From Podarcis pityusensis (Eukaryota), in NCBI GenBank assembly GCA_964106645.2, contig OZ067041.1: DNA of 64,000 bases, one strand, 5' to 3'. The notes beneath the pieces were generated by a model. That model was not told where the DNA came from. It searched no databases and was given only the letters and a program-made list of their open reading frames with translations. Both the position numbers and the translations under genes were made by a program. Shown one piece after another: positions 1 to 12,889 of this stretch (the first letter of the stretch is position 1; each line of letters begins with the position of its first letter).

Positions 1-849
1 ACAGATCCATTTACCAACTGATGGTTATATGCACTGATCTCTGCCTTCATACTTCAGCAACACTAGCTATGGAATATCAAAGACCAGGTGGATTGTGCCC
101 GGTTCCATGAATTCACAATCCTTTGTAAAATGAACCTTCTGGCCTAGAAAGACACGGCCCTTTGTCACCATGGCAAAGATTGTTGTGGGGGGCGGGGGGA
201 CTGGAGGCTGTGTTGGAGAAGGAATTAGCTCATTTTCTGCCTTGCAGCAGGCAAGCATTGAGATACATTTAACCAAGGTCTCACATGGGCAACAAAGAGG
301 CAACAGCCTGTTTCACATCTGAGCAGCCAGTAGACAGGGTAGACAAGGAGCTGTTTGTTTCTCATGGCTTCCAGTGCTTCCAGTTGCACTTTTGTATCCA
401 GTGCCTTTATCTCCCTTGGGTTGGTCCTAAAGAGGAGGCAATGACTATAAATGTTTGGTCAAACCCCGAGCCCTGATGTTCCTAGCCCCTGTTGGCATGA
501 TGACAAATTCTAAGGAATCCCTATGGCTTCTTTTGGGTACATCAAGAACGTATTATTTCACAGGTGGTAAAAGAAGAATAACCCATGCACACTTCAAATA
601 GATTTGATGTGTCAGAGCGGGGGTCAGAAATACAGACAGGGAATTTTATATTTAGCAACAGATTCCGGCCAGATGTCATGGTAGAGGTTAGAAAATGCCT
701 GACTTTTGCTCTCCTTTACAGCATTCCGGAATTATGGTACTTTGTTAACTATGATTACTGGAATCACTAAATAATTGGGGTAGACTTGGGGGTGGCTTGA
801 AAGTGGAACCACAAGGATACAGTATGAGGGGACATGGCAGAAGTTTAAA

Positions 850-1430
850 AAAAGTATGCATTGGGGTGAGGAGAAACTTTTTGTACCCATCTCTCATGAT
901 AGAAGTCAGTGAAACCCAATGGAACTGATCAGCAAAAGATTCAGGACACACTAAATAGTTATCCACACAGCACATAATAATTGTTTATGGAATTCATTGA
1001 CACAAAGCATGCTAATGGCTACTAGGTGCAATACTAAGTATGTGTACTCAGAAGTAAGACCTATTGCATTCAATGGGCTTCTTCCCAGGCAAGTGGAATT
1101 AGAATTGCCATTTTAGATCCCTTAACTGGAAAATAAATCTACCATTGGCTACTAGTTGTGGTGGCAATGTGCAGGCTCTTAAATTCAGAGGCAACATGCC
1201 AGTAAGTCCAGTTGTTTGAAAGGAACAATAGAAGAGGGATATCACATTCATGAGCTGCTTATAGGCTTCTCAGAAGCATATGAGAAACGTAATGAATAAA
1301 TACATACATAAATAAAATAAATCCACCATGAATAAATACATACATAAATAAAATCAATCCACCATGAGAAACAGAATGCTATACTACTGTATGTGCCAAG
1401 TTGGTCCAATACAGCAGGATTATTATGGTC
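850..1430 (+). mobile_element. Old CR1-type LINE 3' end remnant
   Basis: Degenerate CR1-like 3' sequence (gagaaactttttg...ctctcat...acccaatggaactgat; later ataggcttctcagaagcat...gagaaacagaatgct...ggtccaatacagcagg). Similar to the copy at 15140-15345. Interrupted by a small palindromic repeat (about 1030-1110) and a tandem duplication. Confidence 0.5.
1292..1363. repeat. 36-bp tandem duplication
   Basis: atgaataaatacatacataaataaaat(a/c)aatccacc twice (1292-1327, 1328-1363), flanked by ATGAGAAAC at 1280-1288 and 1364-1372. Confidence 0.9.
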
Positions 1431-2467
1431 ACAGGGTTCTAGAAAGCAACTCTGAGCAACTTCATGGCAAATTAATCTAAGACAGTAATTTGCACATTAC
1501 TGCACCACTGGTGGTGTGTAGTGCAAGAAAAAACATTACTCAGTAACTCACAAAAGGTTCTGTGATCTCAGACTTCTCACCCACAGACAAGTCTCTTGCT
1601 GAACTTCTGCATTATTCCCTTTTCTATCCCCATCTGTAAAAGTAATTCTTATCTTTGTATTGTGTATCATTCCATCATCCCCAGTATACAGATATTTCCA
1701 GAACTGAACGACTGCAGAATCTCTTTTGTTCTGTTCATCCCTAGCGCTAACTCTTACACACTCAAAAAGTAATTCTGTACGTGTGTGCATATGCATGTGT
1801 TTAATTTTTAAACACCCTTAATTAGATTAAAACAAAACAATAATTTTCCAGAAGCATATTTCTAGTAAATTGTTCTTCCAGTTTTAACTCTGAAGAAAAT
1901 ACTACAACAAGATTTAGGCTGCAATCCTGTACACACTTTCCTGGGAGCAAGTCCCATTGAACCTAGCAACATTATGGAAACATGATAGGATTGCAATGAT
2001 CACTTTAAACCCCACAGAATATACACATCTACACAATTCTGTTTGCTATCTCTTCTATAGTTACTAACAGGGAAAGCTTCACTACACAGAAGAAGTAGCA
2101 CACAATCCAATCATTTGAAAGAAATTGAATGCTTAATAGAGAGCAGTTTGAGACTGAAATAATATATGATAAGAGAACAAACATGAAAGAAAAATATTAT
2201 CAGCTTGTTAGAAACACCTAAGTTACGTGCAACACAGAATTGGAAATCTCCAGACGTTAACCAATTTTGCATTGGATTCATAAAGTACTGGGTATAGACG
2301 CAATGGAAAAGCATACCGCAGGAACTAGCCACCATTAAGCTGTTTTAATGACGCTCCATTCATGGAAATTTTTAACACACACTTGCTGCAATCAACGGAA
2401 CTTTAAAATGCTCAACTATGGCTGGCTCAGGAACCTGCTGCCTGAACATGACGAAAGAATGAAACCC

Positions 2468-2649
2468 AGGGCTGTGCACACACTATACTTTACAAGCACA
2501 TTTGAAGGACATTATCCCCAACTCAATGAATTCTGGACACTGTAGTTTATTAAGGGTTGCTGAGGATTGTAACACTTTGAGGGCTAAGCTACATTGCCCA
2601 TAATTCTATGAGTAGAAACGTGCTTTGAGGGTATAGTGTTTGTGCACCC
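2468..2649. mobile_element. Palindromic MITE (non-autonomous DNA transposon)
   Basis: Imperfect TIRs gggctgtgcacacactatac / gtatagtgtttgtgcaccc. A related half-copy lies at about 23095-23182. Confidence 0.55.
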
Positions 2650-3264
2650 ATAGTCTGCAAATCTCCAGAAGAAAATACATTTTAATTGCTATATAGAATA
2701 GCCAAATAGAATAGCTACATTCACTTGCAGAAGTTGAAAGAAACCTCTCCCCAGCCCCTTGACTTTATAAAGCTGATTTGGGATAATCATTCAACTAAAA
2801 TTGTTTTCTTTCCTTGTTTGTGGAGAATTTCAGCTGTTAAATCATATACTTGGTTGGAGTTGAAATAGCTGCCAACTGCCTATAAAAGAATCCACAATAC
2901 ATGCTATTTTTCCTGTCGTACCTTAGTAGGCTTAGTTAATGGATTGCATAAGTGGTATCACAAACTATTTTCCATCACATGAATGGGCCATGAACCCAGT
3001 CAGCACACTTGGATCAATTTGCAATAAAAACATTTCATTAAAGAAGAATACATAGAATAAAGGTGCTTTGTGAAAGAAAAACTATTATACATTTTAATGC
3101 TTTCAAAAGATACTTACACTCTTGAAATCTGAAGGAAAGCACAAACTCTGAGTTCCACAGCTCTATAACAGCCACCAATAATAACTTACTACATGTGCTA
3201 GTTCTGGGTTGTATCCAACATGAGTTCTACTCAGAGGAGACCCACTGAGATGAATAGGCATGCT

Positions 3265-3560
3265 GATAATAAGGGATGCAGGGAGAGAGAGAGAGCTGCA
3301 GCCCAAGATAGGAAAAGAAGTGGAAATGGAACCCTTAACTACTGTAAATGAATTCAAATCTGCAGGGCTTGATGAACTGCATCCATGGCTACTTAAGGAA
3401 TTTGCAGATGTAATCTCAGAGCCTCTGTCTACAATTGTTGACAATAGGTGAGGTCCCAACAGAGGGGAGGTGGGCAAATGTTGTCCCTATCTTCAAAAGG
3501 GTGTGGGGAGAAGACCCAAGCAACTACTGACTGGTTAACTTGACGCTGATACCAGGAAAG
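3265..3560 (+). mobile_element. CR1 LINE ORF2 internal fragment (pre-RT region)
   Basis: Translates as EFKSAGLDELHPWLLKEFADVISEPLSTI then WANVVPIFK...NY..VNLTLIPGK, matching CR1 KSxGPDxxHPxxLKE...ANVVPIFKKG...NYRPVSLTSIPGK. Frameshifted. Confidence 0.9.
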
Positions 3561-4664
3561 GTGACCTCTTCTACTTCCTAAGGAAGGAGCTATTATTTGC
3601 TTTTTAGTCCAGAACCAAGCTTTGTAAGAAGGATGAAGCCCCATTACATGTCCAAGAAGTCTTCCTAGAAGCCACTCAATGCTGAAGGTCACTGTGGATG
3701 CTTGTCCCATATCCGCCCCGCCCCCCACTACAGCAATTAAACATGGAAAAACGTCAGCAGGAAAGAGATTAGGCCACAAGAGACTCACACATAATAGGGA
3801 GCAACCTAGTCACCACCACAAACTCCATGAACTGAGCAAGGACTGATAATCTGAGCTTTTCTGCCAACTCTTTCAACAATAGCTTTAGCCAAACCCCACT
3901 CACTTCATTCTCATCCCAAATCCATAATTTCAGTGGTGCCCATTATGTTTTGGTCCCAGATATTGTCTTATATTTACTTTCAAGGTATTGCCACTGCAGC
4001 TCATTAATCTTTCCAAGACAGGAAAAAACTCAAGCAAAACTAGCATCCACTATCCCTTGAACTTGTCTGTCCGATAGTGACAATCCAACCTAATATATAA
4101 AGCTTGAGTCCTGATACTTGGGGGAAAGGGCAAAGGAAGATTGCACAAGTTTTCATCTATCTCAAGGCTAAACATTATTGAGTCCTAAAATAAACTGTCA
4201 CTGGTTCACATCAACACATGATGGGATATACAAAGCTTAGACTTTGTAAACTTCTGCATGGTGTATCTTCCCCATGCTCTGCAAGAAAGCCGTTTAACAG
4301 GTACATTAAATAGAGCCTTTAGGAATGCCAGCCCACATATACCACCTCAAACTGAAGAGCATGGTGGGGATGCTCATCTGGAAAATGATAATTCACAGTT
4401 GCACAGCATGGGTGTGCGTTTATAATAAGCTCTCATATTTCAAACTCATGCAGAAGACCACTGTGCTTATGGAAAATGTAATTGAGCTTGTGAAGTCAAG
4501 ATGGACTATGCCGTTCCCTACATCCTGAAAATAAATGACTCAGCTAGAAACTTAATGCCATGAAGCTATTAGCTTCAGACTAATATTATCAATCAAATGT
4601 TCAGTAGGAAATTTTCCTGTCTATAAATACTAACAGTGATTTGAATCCAGATCACCTGTCTGAG

Positions 4665-4840
4665 AGGGCTCATCTGCACTTTTCGTTAGTCCTGGTTAAT
4701 GTTTGTTCTGATTCAGGGGTAAACGATAAGTTTTCCTGAGGAAAGTGGAATGACACAAAGCAAACCTGATTAGACCCTTGCCTACGAATCATGGACTGTG
4801 TCTAGAAATCGCAGCATAAATGGAAGTGTGGGTGACCCCT
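4665..4840. mobile_element. MITE with GGGC-type termini (PIF/Harbinger-like)
   Basis: Imperfect TIRs agggctcatctgcactt / aagtgtgggtgacccct. The start is similar to the element at 18650. Confidence 0.45.
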
Positions 4841-5779
4841 GTGTCATAACACTCTCTCTACTACACCACATGTGGAGCACAGTATGCCACAAAATATACT
4901 GCTGGTGTCCCAAATAATCTTCATTTTAAAAGGAATTTTAAGGCATTTCTATCGTAGCTGCATGGAGACTGCCAGATACCTATAATCAAAGCTTTCAGAC
5001 ACCATGCCATGCTTTTACATGAGGGAACAGGTTGACTCTTCCATACCTAACAATTTTCTAAATGTAGCAACTTAATGTAAAATACTTTTTATGGCACCAT
5101 TGTTATTGTTTAAGTTGCAAGTTCCATGCAAGAGGAAAAGAATTCACTGGACACAAATTAATGCCAAGGTACCACTTGACTAAATTGTCTGTGCTGCAAG
5201 ATGGAGAGTTTAAGAGGTATTTGGTAATTGACAAGACTTCTGTAATTTAGGTTAGGTAGTTGCTTCAAGCAATTTCAAACATCTCTCTTGGAGTCTCTGT
5301 ACTGTGCTCATATACATATAAATTCATTTTATTGCACAAAAATCACAATTCAGCACAGAGGGAAAGAGAGAGATAACTGGATGCCATATAGCCAGCCTCA
5401 ATTGCAGAGTGCTGTCAAGCTGAACCTGCCATAGAAAGATAAAAAACTGTAAAGCAAGGGATATGCACAGTTCAGAAGGTAAGGAGTATAGTAATTGACT
5501 ATTAATCAGTTATCCAAATTGCTTCCATTTAAGCAAGATGCAAGATGGTAATGCATTGCTATGAAAGGCAGCCAAATTTGGGATTATGCCCGCTCTTCTC
5601 AGTTAAATGAATCAGAAAAGTACTCAGCAAGTGTACTGTCCATTTGGGAGCTGGCAGTCTTTCCAAGGTTCAAGGTAGCTCTGTTGGGAATGGATACTTA
5701 AAGAATCAACAATCCTACAAATCACAAGAGGAGAAAAAACACTGCAACAGTGCAGATGGGGGAACATCCACTCACCCAA

Positions 5780-6048
5780 AAACCTGGGGAAAGAGGTGCA
5801 TCTTGACCCAGTGCCAAAAATTATACAATAATGGTGCAAGATTCAGCTTGGAGGGGAGGCCATTCCACAACCTGGAAACAACAGAGGAGGCCCTCTCACA
5901 CAACACATATCCCTCAAACCACAGCATGTGGCAGTTCTGCTAACAGGGCTTCTTCTGTCCATCTTAACACAGAGAAGCAGGCTAATAATGAGATAAGTGC
6001 TCCTTCAGATATTTGAGGCCCAGGTTGTTTAGAGATTTGTGTGTCAAC
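5780..6048 (-). mobile_element. Old L2-type LINE 3' fragment
   Basis: Similar to the better-preserved minus-strand L2 ends at 19630-19931 and 39660-40050 (ggggaggccattccacaacctgg...acagaggaggccctct). Confidence 0.5.
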
Positions 6049-6050
<2 letters not shown>

Positions 6051-6081
<31 letters not shown>

Positions 6082-6097
6082 TGTTGTTGTTGTTGTT
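6051..6097. repeat. (GT)n plus (GTT)n microsatellite at the BovB tail
   Basis: Direct reading. (CAA)n on the minus strand is the RTE tail. Confidence 0.9.
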
Positions 6098-6565
6098 TAG
6101 TCGTTTAGTCATGTCTGACTCTTCGTGACCCTATGGACCAGAGCACGCCAGGCACTCCTGTCTTCCACTGCTTCCCGCAGTTTGGTCAAACTCATACTGG
6201 TAGCTTCGAGAATACTGTCCAACCATCTCGTCCTCTGTCATCCTCTTCTCCTTGTGCCCTCAATCTTTCCCAACATCAGGGTCTTTTCCAGGGAGTCTTC
6301 TCTTCCCATGAGGTGGCCAAAGTATTGGAGCTTCAGCTTCACGGTCTGTCCTTCCAGTGAGCACTCAGGGCTGATTTCCTTAAGAATGGATAGGTTTGAT
6401 CTTCCTGCAGTCCATGGGACTCTCAAGAGTCTCCTCCAGCACCATAATTCAAAAGCATCAATTCTTCGGCGATCAGCCTTCTTTATGGTCCAGCTCTCAC
6501 TTCCATACATCACTACTGGGAAAACCACAGCTTTAACTATACGGACCTTTGTTGGTAAGGTGATG
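6081..6565 (-). mobile_element. BovB (RTE-clade) LINE, 5'-truncated 3' end
   Basis: ORF 6238-6603(-) ITLPTKVRIVKAVVFPVVMYGSESWTIKKADRRRIDAFELWCWRRLLRVPWT...LQYFGHLM..EDSLEKTLMLGKIEG is the characteristic BovB ORF2 C-terminus. (CAA)n tail present. Confidence 0.95.
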
Positions 6566-8589
6566 TGTAGTATGATGTAAATAAAGTAATGAAGACATGA
6601 CATCTTAATTGATATGCATATGGATGTATATTCTACAATGCATTCATTATAACTTAAAGGCAGAAAGAACTTCTGTGAAAAAAAAGTAGTTTTCTTTTTT
6701 TAGTTACCACATTTTAAAAAGGTGATATTCTTCATGTGACTGATACTTTGAGAATTGAGGTTTTATAGTTTTGCCTTTTCATATGTGGCATACTGTGATT
6801 AATGTTAGATTTTTGAGCATTTAAGCTTTGTGTGCTGTACATATTGTGATTGAATACTGTACTATTTGTTGCATTCAATTTCTTATGTTGGGTATTTGGC
6901 TTTCTTCAGTGTATAATTTTATCTCTGCTTTTAAACACATTTCCCCTTGATAGATAGTTTCCTTGATGCACAAACCCACCCATGCACCTTCCTTTCCCAT
7001 AACTACTTATTAACTGAATGTGTCGTAAAAGAATTCAGGTAATTTATATGCAGTTCTTTTATTTGTCATATAGCCATCTAAAGTATTTATGTTATTCTAA
7101 TACTTTGCCTCAAACCAAACATCTATCTTTGTGAAATATATTTGCTTTTAGTGGGTCACAGCTAAAGGGAATTTGCAAAGCAATTTATATTAACCTGGGT
7201 TGCCTTTGATCAATATGGAGCTATGAAGCCACACAATTTGTCCTTGCACTTAAAATAGCTGTAAGCCATTTAGAGTTGGAAAGTAACACAGAGATGCAAC
7301 CATAACAACAGGTGAGGCAAACAGAAGCTATGCATAAAATTCGTTGTGGAGCTTCACATTAGGGAGAAATATTTTTCATTTAACAAAAGTGAATGATGGT
7401 AAACTCAATAAATTATATGCAGGAGAAGCCAAACAGCATGGTAGCTAGCCTACCTGCAAGTATATTATGACTGAAAATTCTTAGGATGGTTTTCCTTTTC
7501 ATTTTGAAAGAGATTCATGATGAGAGACAACTGACTTATTTGCTCAGGTAATTGGTTTCACAAGGAACATGGAAACTATTTGCAGCAATAACACAAAACA
7601 AAACAATAAAAATGTATCTTTGCTCAGCTCCATGCCACACAATGACAACATAAAGATCAACCCCTTTGTCTGCAAAAGAGGTCACAATAGCCAATAGCAA
7701 TTAGCAGCATTGGTTTGTGACCTGCACATAAATTAGATAGCTCAGGGTAGGGGCTGTGCACTAATGATATATTGTCTGCAGTATTTAAGTGTGCTGAAAT
7801 AATACCCTCTCTCTCTTCCCAGGTTAGCGTTCCCTTTGAAATTTACACAGCTCTCATTTACTCTGGAGGTTTCTAAATACTTTCCCCACACAGCCAGTTA
7901 TCCTGTGTAAGAACTCCTGGAATAACTTAAAACTCTGCTTTGCTTACACGTTTGAATCAGAAGCTTTCCTGAGCTGAAAAGGTACAAAATCAGGTGCAAA
8001 AAAAGGTGCAAAATCTTTGTCAATCTGGGGTAATTAGCAATATAAAACAGTAGCATGATTATTATGCCTAGAATGCAAATGGTTGTAGAAACATGATAAC
8101 CTCTGTAAGTGGCCCATGAAAGGAGGGATGCACAGATCAGAACATTTCTAGTTCATGTCATTTTGTTTCTGTTCATTCATGTCTACCCCATTTTGTTTAT
8201 GATGTAATGTGCTGTTTTTTAAAAAATAAAATAAAACCCACAAAAAAATCCATTTAGATACATATTCATTGCTTAAAGTGTGTTTTATCTTAAAGATGCA
8301 TTTCAAAGCACATTTTTGTACATTTTCAAGCAGAGAACTGTATTATAAAATTTGGAGGCCTGTAAAATCTGAAGGATCATTGTGTTTGCCTTCTGTACAT
8401 CTGTCTGGAAAGTGTCGACCAGGGTTAATTTGCATCACAATTCACAGAAATCAGAGTGACGAAAAAAGCCCAAAACACATAGTATAAGGAATTATTTGTA
8501 TATGTGCATGGCTAGCGCAAAATACAGCAACTAAGGAAGCTCAGTTGTGCATCCTTACCACACTCACATGATGCTGTGTTAAAGGAATT

Positions 8590-9050
8590 GCACTGGCTGC
8601 TGATTAGCTACTGAGCAGAGTTTAAGGTTTTGTTGCTAATGTTTGGGGTTCTGGACATCTTAGGACCAGGCTATCTGAGAGAACACCTCCTTCTGTACAA
8701 CCCAGTCCATTCACTGAAATCACTGGAGGAAGCTGTTCTCGTCACACCATGCCTGGAGATCTGACTACCTGAGGAAGGGCCTTCTCCACAGTGGCCCCCA
8801 TACTATGGAGCAGCCTTTCCCAAGAGATAGGGCAAGGCACTTACAGTAATGCTGGTCCGCTGACTGACTGATATATACTTATTCATGAGATCATTCACAA
8901 ACATTAGCTTTTAGTATTGGTTTTATTAGAATTTTCAGATATATGTGGGTATTTGCGGCTTGGTTTTGTCTTTAGTAATTTATTGTCTTCTGCATTCCAT
9001 CCTTGTTATGAAAGGCGATCTATGGATATTTTAATGAACATATAAAATAC
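8590..9050 (+). mobile_element. Old L2-type LINE 3' fragment
   Basis: Degenerate ...tttaaggttttg...ggaccaggctatctgagagaacacctcc...agggccttctccacagtggcccccatactatgg, the L2 FKvL..LGP.YL...RAFS.AAP.LWN motif series. Confidence 0.6.
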
Positions 9051-10146
9051 TACTGTTTCAGGATGGCAACTCAGGTCTAATTCAAGATCACAGATCATAC
9101 ATCAGAGAAAGAAAGAGGCTTCAAATTACTGCTCTTCACAACAGCATGGATCCAAAAATCTACAGAAAGGATTTCTGGTCATTCAACAGGGCCTTCTTGA
9201 CCCCCTTCCTCCTACAGTCTCTTATTTGCTTCCCCAATAGGTTGTTCGTAACAAGTAGAGGATTTGGCATTGGGAATCCAGGATGGAATTGGCAGAAATC
9301 ATGCATACTTTCTGCTTCTGCAAGGCACTCTTTGGAGTCCATATTTTTCAGTGGAGGCAGCAGCTGACACATTCATCTGTAAGGTACTAGCTGACTGAGC
9401 TCTTAACAATGAGAGCATAAATGATGCACATACGTATATGAATCAGCCCTACAGCAACAGCCACTAAAACCCTTGATCATGAAACCATGATTTAAATCTA
9501 GAGAAATTAATTAATACCAGACATATCCAGCACACTGCATCTGGCACCAAGAAAGAGAAAGACAGGCAGAAAATGATTTAACAATGAAACTCTAGTTCCT
9601 GTAGATGCCACTTTGGTTCAAAGTCTCAACATTTTTCATAAGAAGCAGATTTATTATTTCCAACTCTGTATGCTCCTTAATCACATTATCTTGAAAGAGG
9701 CAGAATTCCTTCATTTTTCATAAGCTGTTTACAGTATATATATATATATTTAGAGAGAGAAAGAGAGAGAAATACACCACAACCTGAGGAACCAGTAGGA
9801 ACTATAATGTGCACAAGGCTTTGCCATCTGCAATACTGACAGATTCACAGAACTGTCCCAGTACTACAGTTACCACCGATCTTACTGTGTTTCATAGGAG
9901 CCAACTTCTAGGATCGGAGGTCTCTTCACCACGACCCCAATAAAATATTTGAGGAGGCCAGGGCCTCACAAAAGTTGATTGCCATTCAAATGGTGTGTGT
10001 GCACCACATCTTGTGATCAATTATGCGGGGTGGGGCTTACCTGTCCCCCCAGTATTTTATTCAAGTTGGCACCCTTTCTGTGTTTGTCTATATACACATA
10101 AAACTTTTGCATCACTATAGCAGATATCTAATTGCATCTGCTAGGG

Positions 10147-10468
10147 CAGGGGTCAGCAACCTTTTTCAGCCGTGGGCTGGTCCACCATCCCCTCAGACCA
10201 CATGGTGGGCCAGACTTTATTTTGAAAAAAAAATTGAATGAATTCCTATGCCCCACAAATAACCCAGAGATTCATTTTAAATGAAAGCACGCATTCTACT
10301 CATGTAAAAACACCAAGCAGGCCCCACAAATCACCCATTGATGCATTTTAAATAAAAGGACACATTCTACTCATGTAAAAATACGCTGATTCCCAGACCA
10401 TCCGCAGGCCGGATTTAGAAGGTGATTAGGCCGCATCAGGCCCCGAGGCCTTAGGTTGCCTACCCCTG
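10147..10468. mobile_element. hAT-superfamily MITE
   Basis: TIRs caggggtcagcaacc / ggttgcctacccctg. 8-bp TSD tgctaggg / tgctagtg (7/8). Internal ~70-bp duplication. Same family as 45900-46152, opposite orientation. Confidence 0.85.
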
Positions 10469-10559
10469 TGCTAGTGGATCAAACTTATGTTTCTGAAACA
10501 GGATTTCTGCTTTCTTTCTTACCCCCAGCATGTGTTGCCAAATCTGCTCTAGAAGGTCT

Positions 10560-11109
10560 TGTTATGGACTGATATGGCATTCACCAATCACCAACAGCAG
10601 CACCAGGTTGCTATGACAACTCAGGATTTACCAGAGGAGGGATGGCTCAGCAGAAGCCACAGCCTTCAATTGTCTGTCACCTTTTCACTTTTCCAGGCCA
10701 AGCCAACCCACAACTGAGGAGATTTCACCCCTCCCATATCCAAGAATCTCCTGAGGAGTCTGCTGATTCTCCAGAGAGGAGGAGGCGTGTTCTGCTCTCT
10801 ACTTATTCTGCTCCAGCACCGAGTCAGTCAGTCAGTCAGTGTCGGAGAGAGAGAGAGACACTGAGTGTTAGAGATCGTGTGTAGAGATAAGGTTGCTGCT
10901 AAGAGCAGCTGCAGACACTCAGTGCAGTGCAGCATTCATTTATGCTTAGGCTCATTAAGCTCTGTATATAGTTTGTATAGTTGTAGATAGAATAAAGAAG
11001 ATATTCTACAGAGCTGCTCTCCGAGTTGTTTATATGCTCTGTTAGAGTCTGCTGTACTCTGCTGTGCGACGACTGTCTTCTTGTTAGAGTGAATCCGGTG
11101 CTCACAACA
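10560..11109 (+). mobile_element. Solo LTR (Gypsy-like)
   Basis: 550 bp bounded by TGTT...AACA. AATAAA at 10991-10996, (AGTC)n/(GA)n tract, residual CpGs. No matching TSD (ggtct / ctaag). Confidence 0.65.
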
Positions 11110-11486
11110 CTAAGCTGTGAGTCCACAGCACTTTGACCTGTTCCTGTGTAGAAGGTGGTCTCTGGAACTGCTACCCAGCTCGCCTAGCCCAGTCGGGGCT
11201 GAAGTGGATGAGTCCAGTTGGTGGCACTGGCTCAAGGGCGATGCTGACAACAACACCATAAATCCCTTTGTCTGTGATCTGGGCAACCTTGGCTTCTCCC
11301 TTTCCCACCAGCAATTCCACTCTCCCACGCACATAATTCACACCTTACTGTGTCAAGGTCAAAACTACTTCTGGGTAAACTATGCAATTCTGTCACCACC
11401 AGCAGCAGTAAGATATTACAAATACTGTAAGTTAGAATTCATCACCACAGAGATACCAAAGATCTTAAGAGCCTACTTCAATTAAC

Positions 11487-11517
<31 letters not shown>

Positions 11518-12449
11518 TTCAAAGTCCTTTTAAGACCATCAATTTCATAAAATGCTATTAGTTTTCAGGTATAAAATGATGGTGAAATAAACTGGAATTA
11601 GTCAGATGTCGCTTGTAACAGAAATGGCTCACCAACAGGTAATCACAACAGTGCCTATGTGGATGACGTGTTTAAATTAAATTATAACAGAAATGGAAGA
11701 TTCACAGAAATGGTTGGTGCTTTTTACCAAAGTTCTGCTGTAAATCAAGATGAGGAGTTTACAGAACCACAGAATAGTATGCTTAGAAAGAACTTGAGAG
11801 ATCTGATGAAGTTCCAGCTCTTTCCTTGAAAGTGGAGCATCTTAAATCTAATGCATCTTTGACAGCTGCCTGATAGACTCTCCTCAAACGTGGAAGGCAA
11901 GCATGGGAGCCTATAAAGCAGCTTTGGAGTGTCCACTAAGGTTTAGTGGACATCACATTAATCTTACTTTGTCTATACAATTTTCCTTTAATAGTTTGGT
12001 TCTAGGATATATTTAGGATTCAGTGGCTTCCCTCAGTTCTATTCTGAGATAGTTCTGAGAATGGACACAGAAATGGCAATATAGAACAAGGTGGTAGGAA
12101 ACTATTTTAGCCACCCAGGATGCTCTGTAACTAACTGTAAGGTGGCCATCATTGAGCAGACAAACTTCTAAGGGAGACTGCAACATGAAAACATTGAACT
12201 ACAATACACAAGAGGCTCAGCACTATCACTTCTGGACTAAATCAGCATTATGGATTTTAAAATTCCACTATATGTATTAATTGGCTTCTAAATGCCAGGA
12301 TTTGTGAATGGCCGGTGCTAATAAGGTAATTATCACTGTCTATACATTTTGGCATTTCCTTTCCTTCTGACATTTCCTTCCACTATTGACAAACACCCAC
12401 ACACGTGTAAAGAGAATGAAAACAAGTAATGTACCTGCAAATCAGGATA

Positions 12450-12575
12450 GCACTTCATGCATCTGATGAAAGACTGTAATGAATTAAAGTTTATGCCTTA
12501 ATAAATTCGTTAAGGTGCCACAAGTCTCTTCTTTGTTTTCGTTGCAAGAGACTAAAACAACTACACATCTGGAAA
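12450..12575 (+). mobile_element. Penelope-like element terminal remnant
   Basis: tgcatctgatgaa...aaagtttatgcc..aataaa..gttaaggtgccacaag...gactaa resembles the sauropsid Penelope-type terminal repeat. CTGATGA at 12463-12469. Confidence 0.5.
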
Positions 12576-12738
12576 TTGTGGCATCAGTTTGTGAGATTAA
12601 AGGGATGGGGAGAAAATGCAAGATATAAAAGTAATAATAAATATTCCAGAAATGTATATCATGAACAGTAACTGGTTCCAATGTGTTGAGCTCTGTTTCA
12701 GGAAACATATCTGTTATGGAAGAGCCTCAGTATTTGGG

Positions 12739-12889
12739 ATGGAATTTGGGAGTGGCAGATTCCATAAGCATCGCTAGTTATTGTCCATTGTTATGGGCAT
12801 TTCCTAAATATGACTATTATTTAGGAAATGCCCATAACAATGGACAATAACTAGCAATGCTTATGGAATCTGCCACTCCCAAATTCCAT
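12739..12889. repeat. Long inverted repeat, 72-bp arms, 7-nt spacer
   Basis: 12739-12810 is the reverse complement of 12818-12889 at 71/72 positions. Confidence 0.97.

Noticed and set aside
6125-6580. 151-aa plus-strand ORF
   Set aside because: Antisense shadow of BovB ORF2.
9160-9378. Minus-strand ORF after an acceptor-like ccttacAG
   Set aside because: No recognisable protein and no partner exons.
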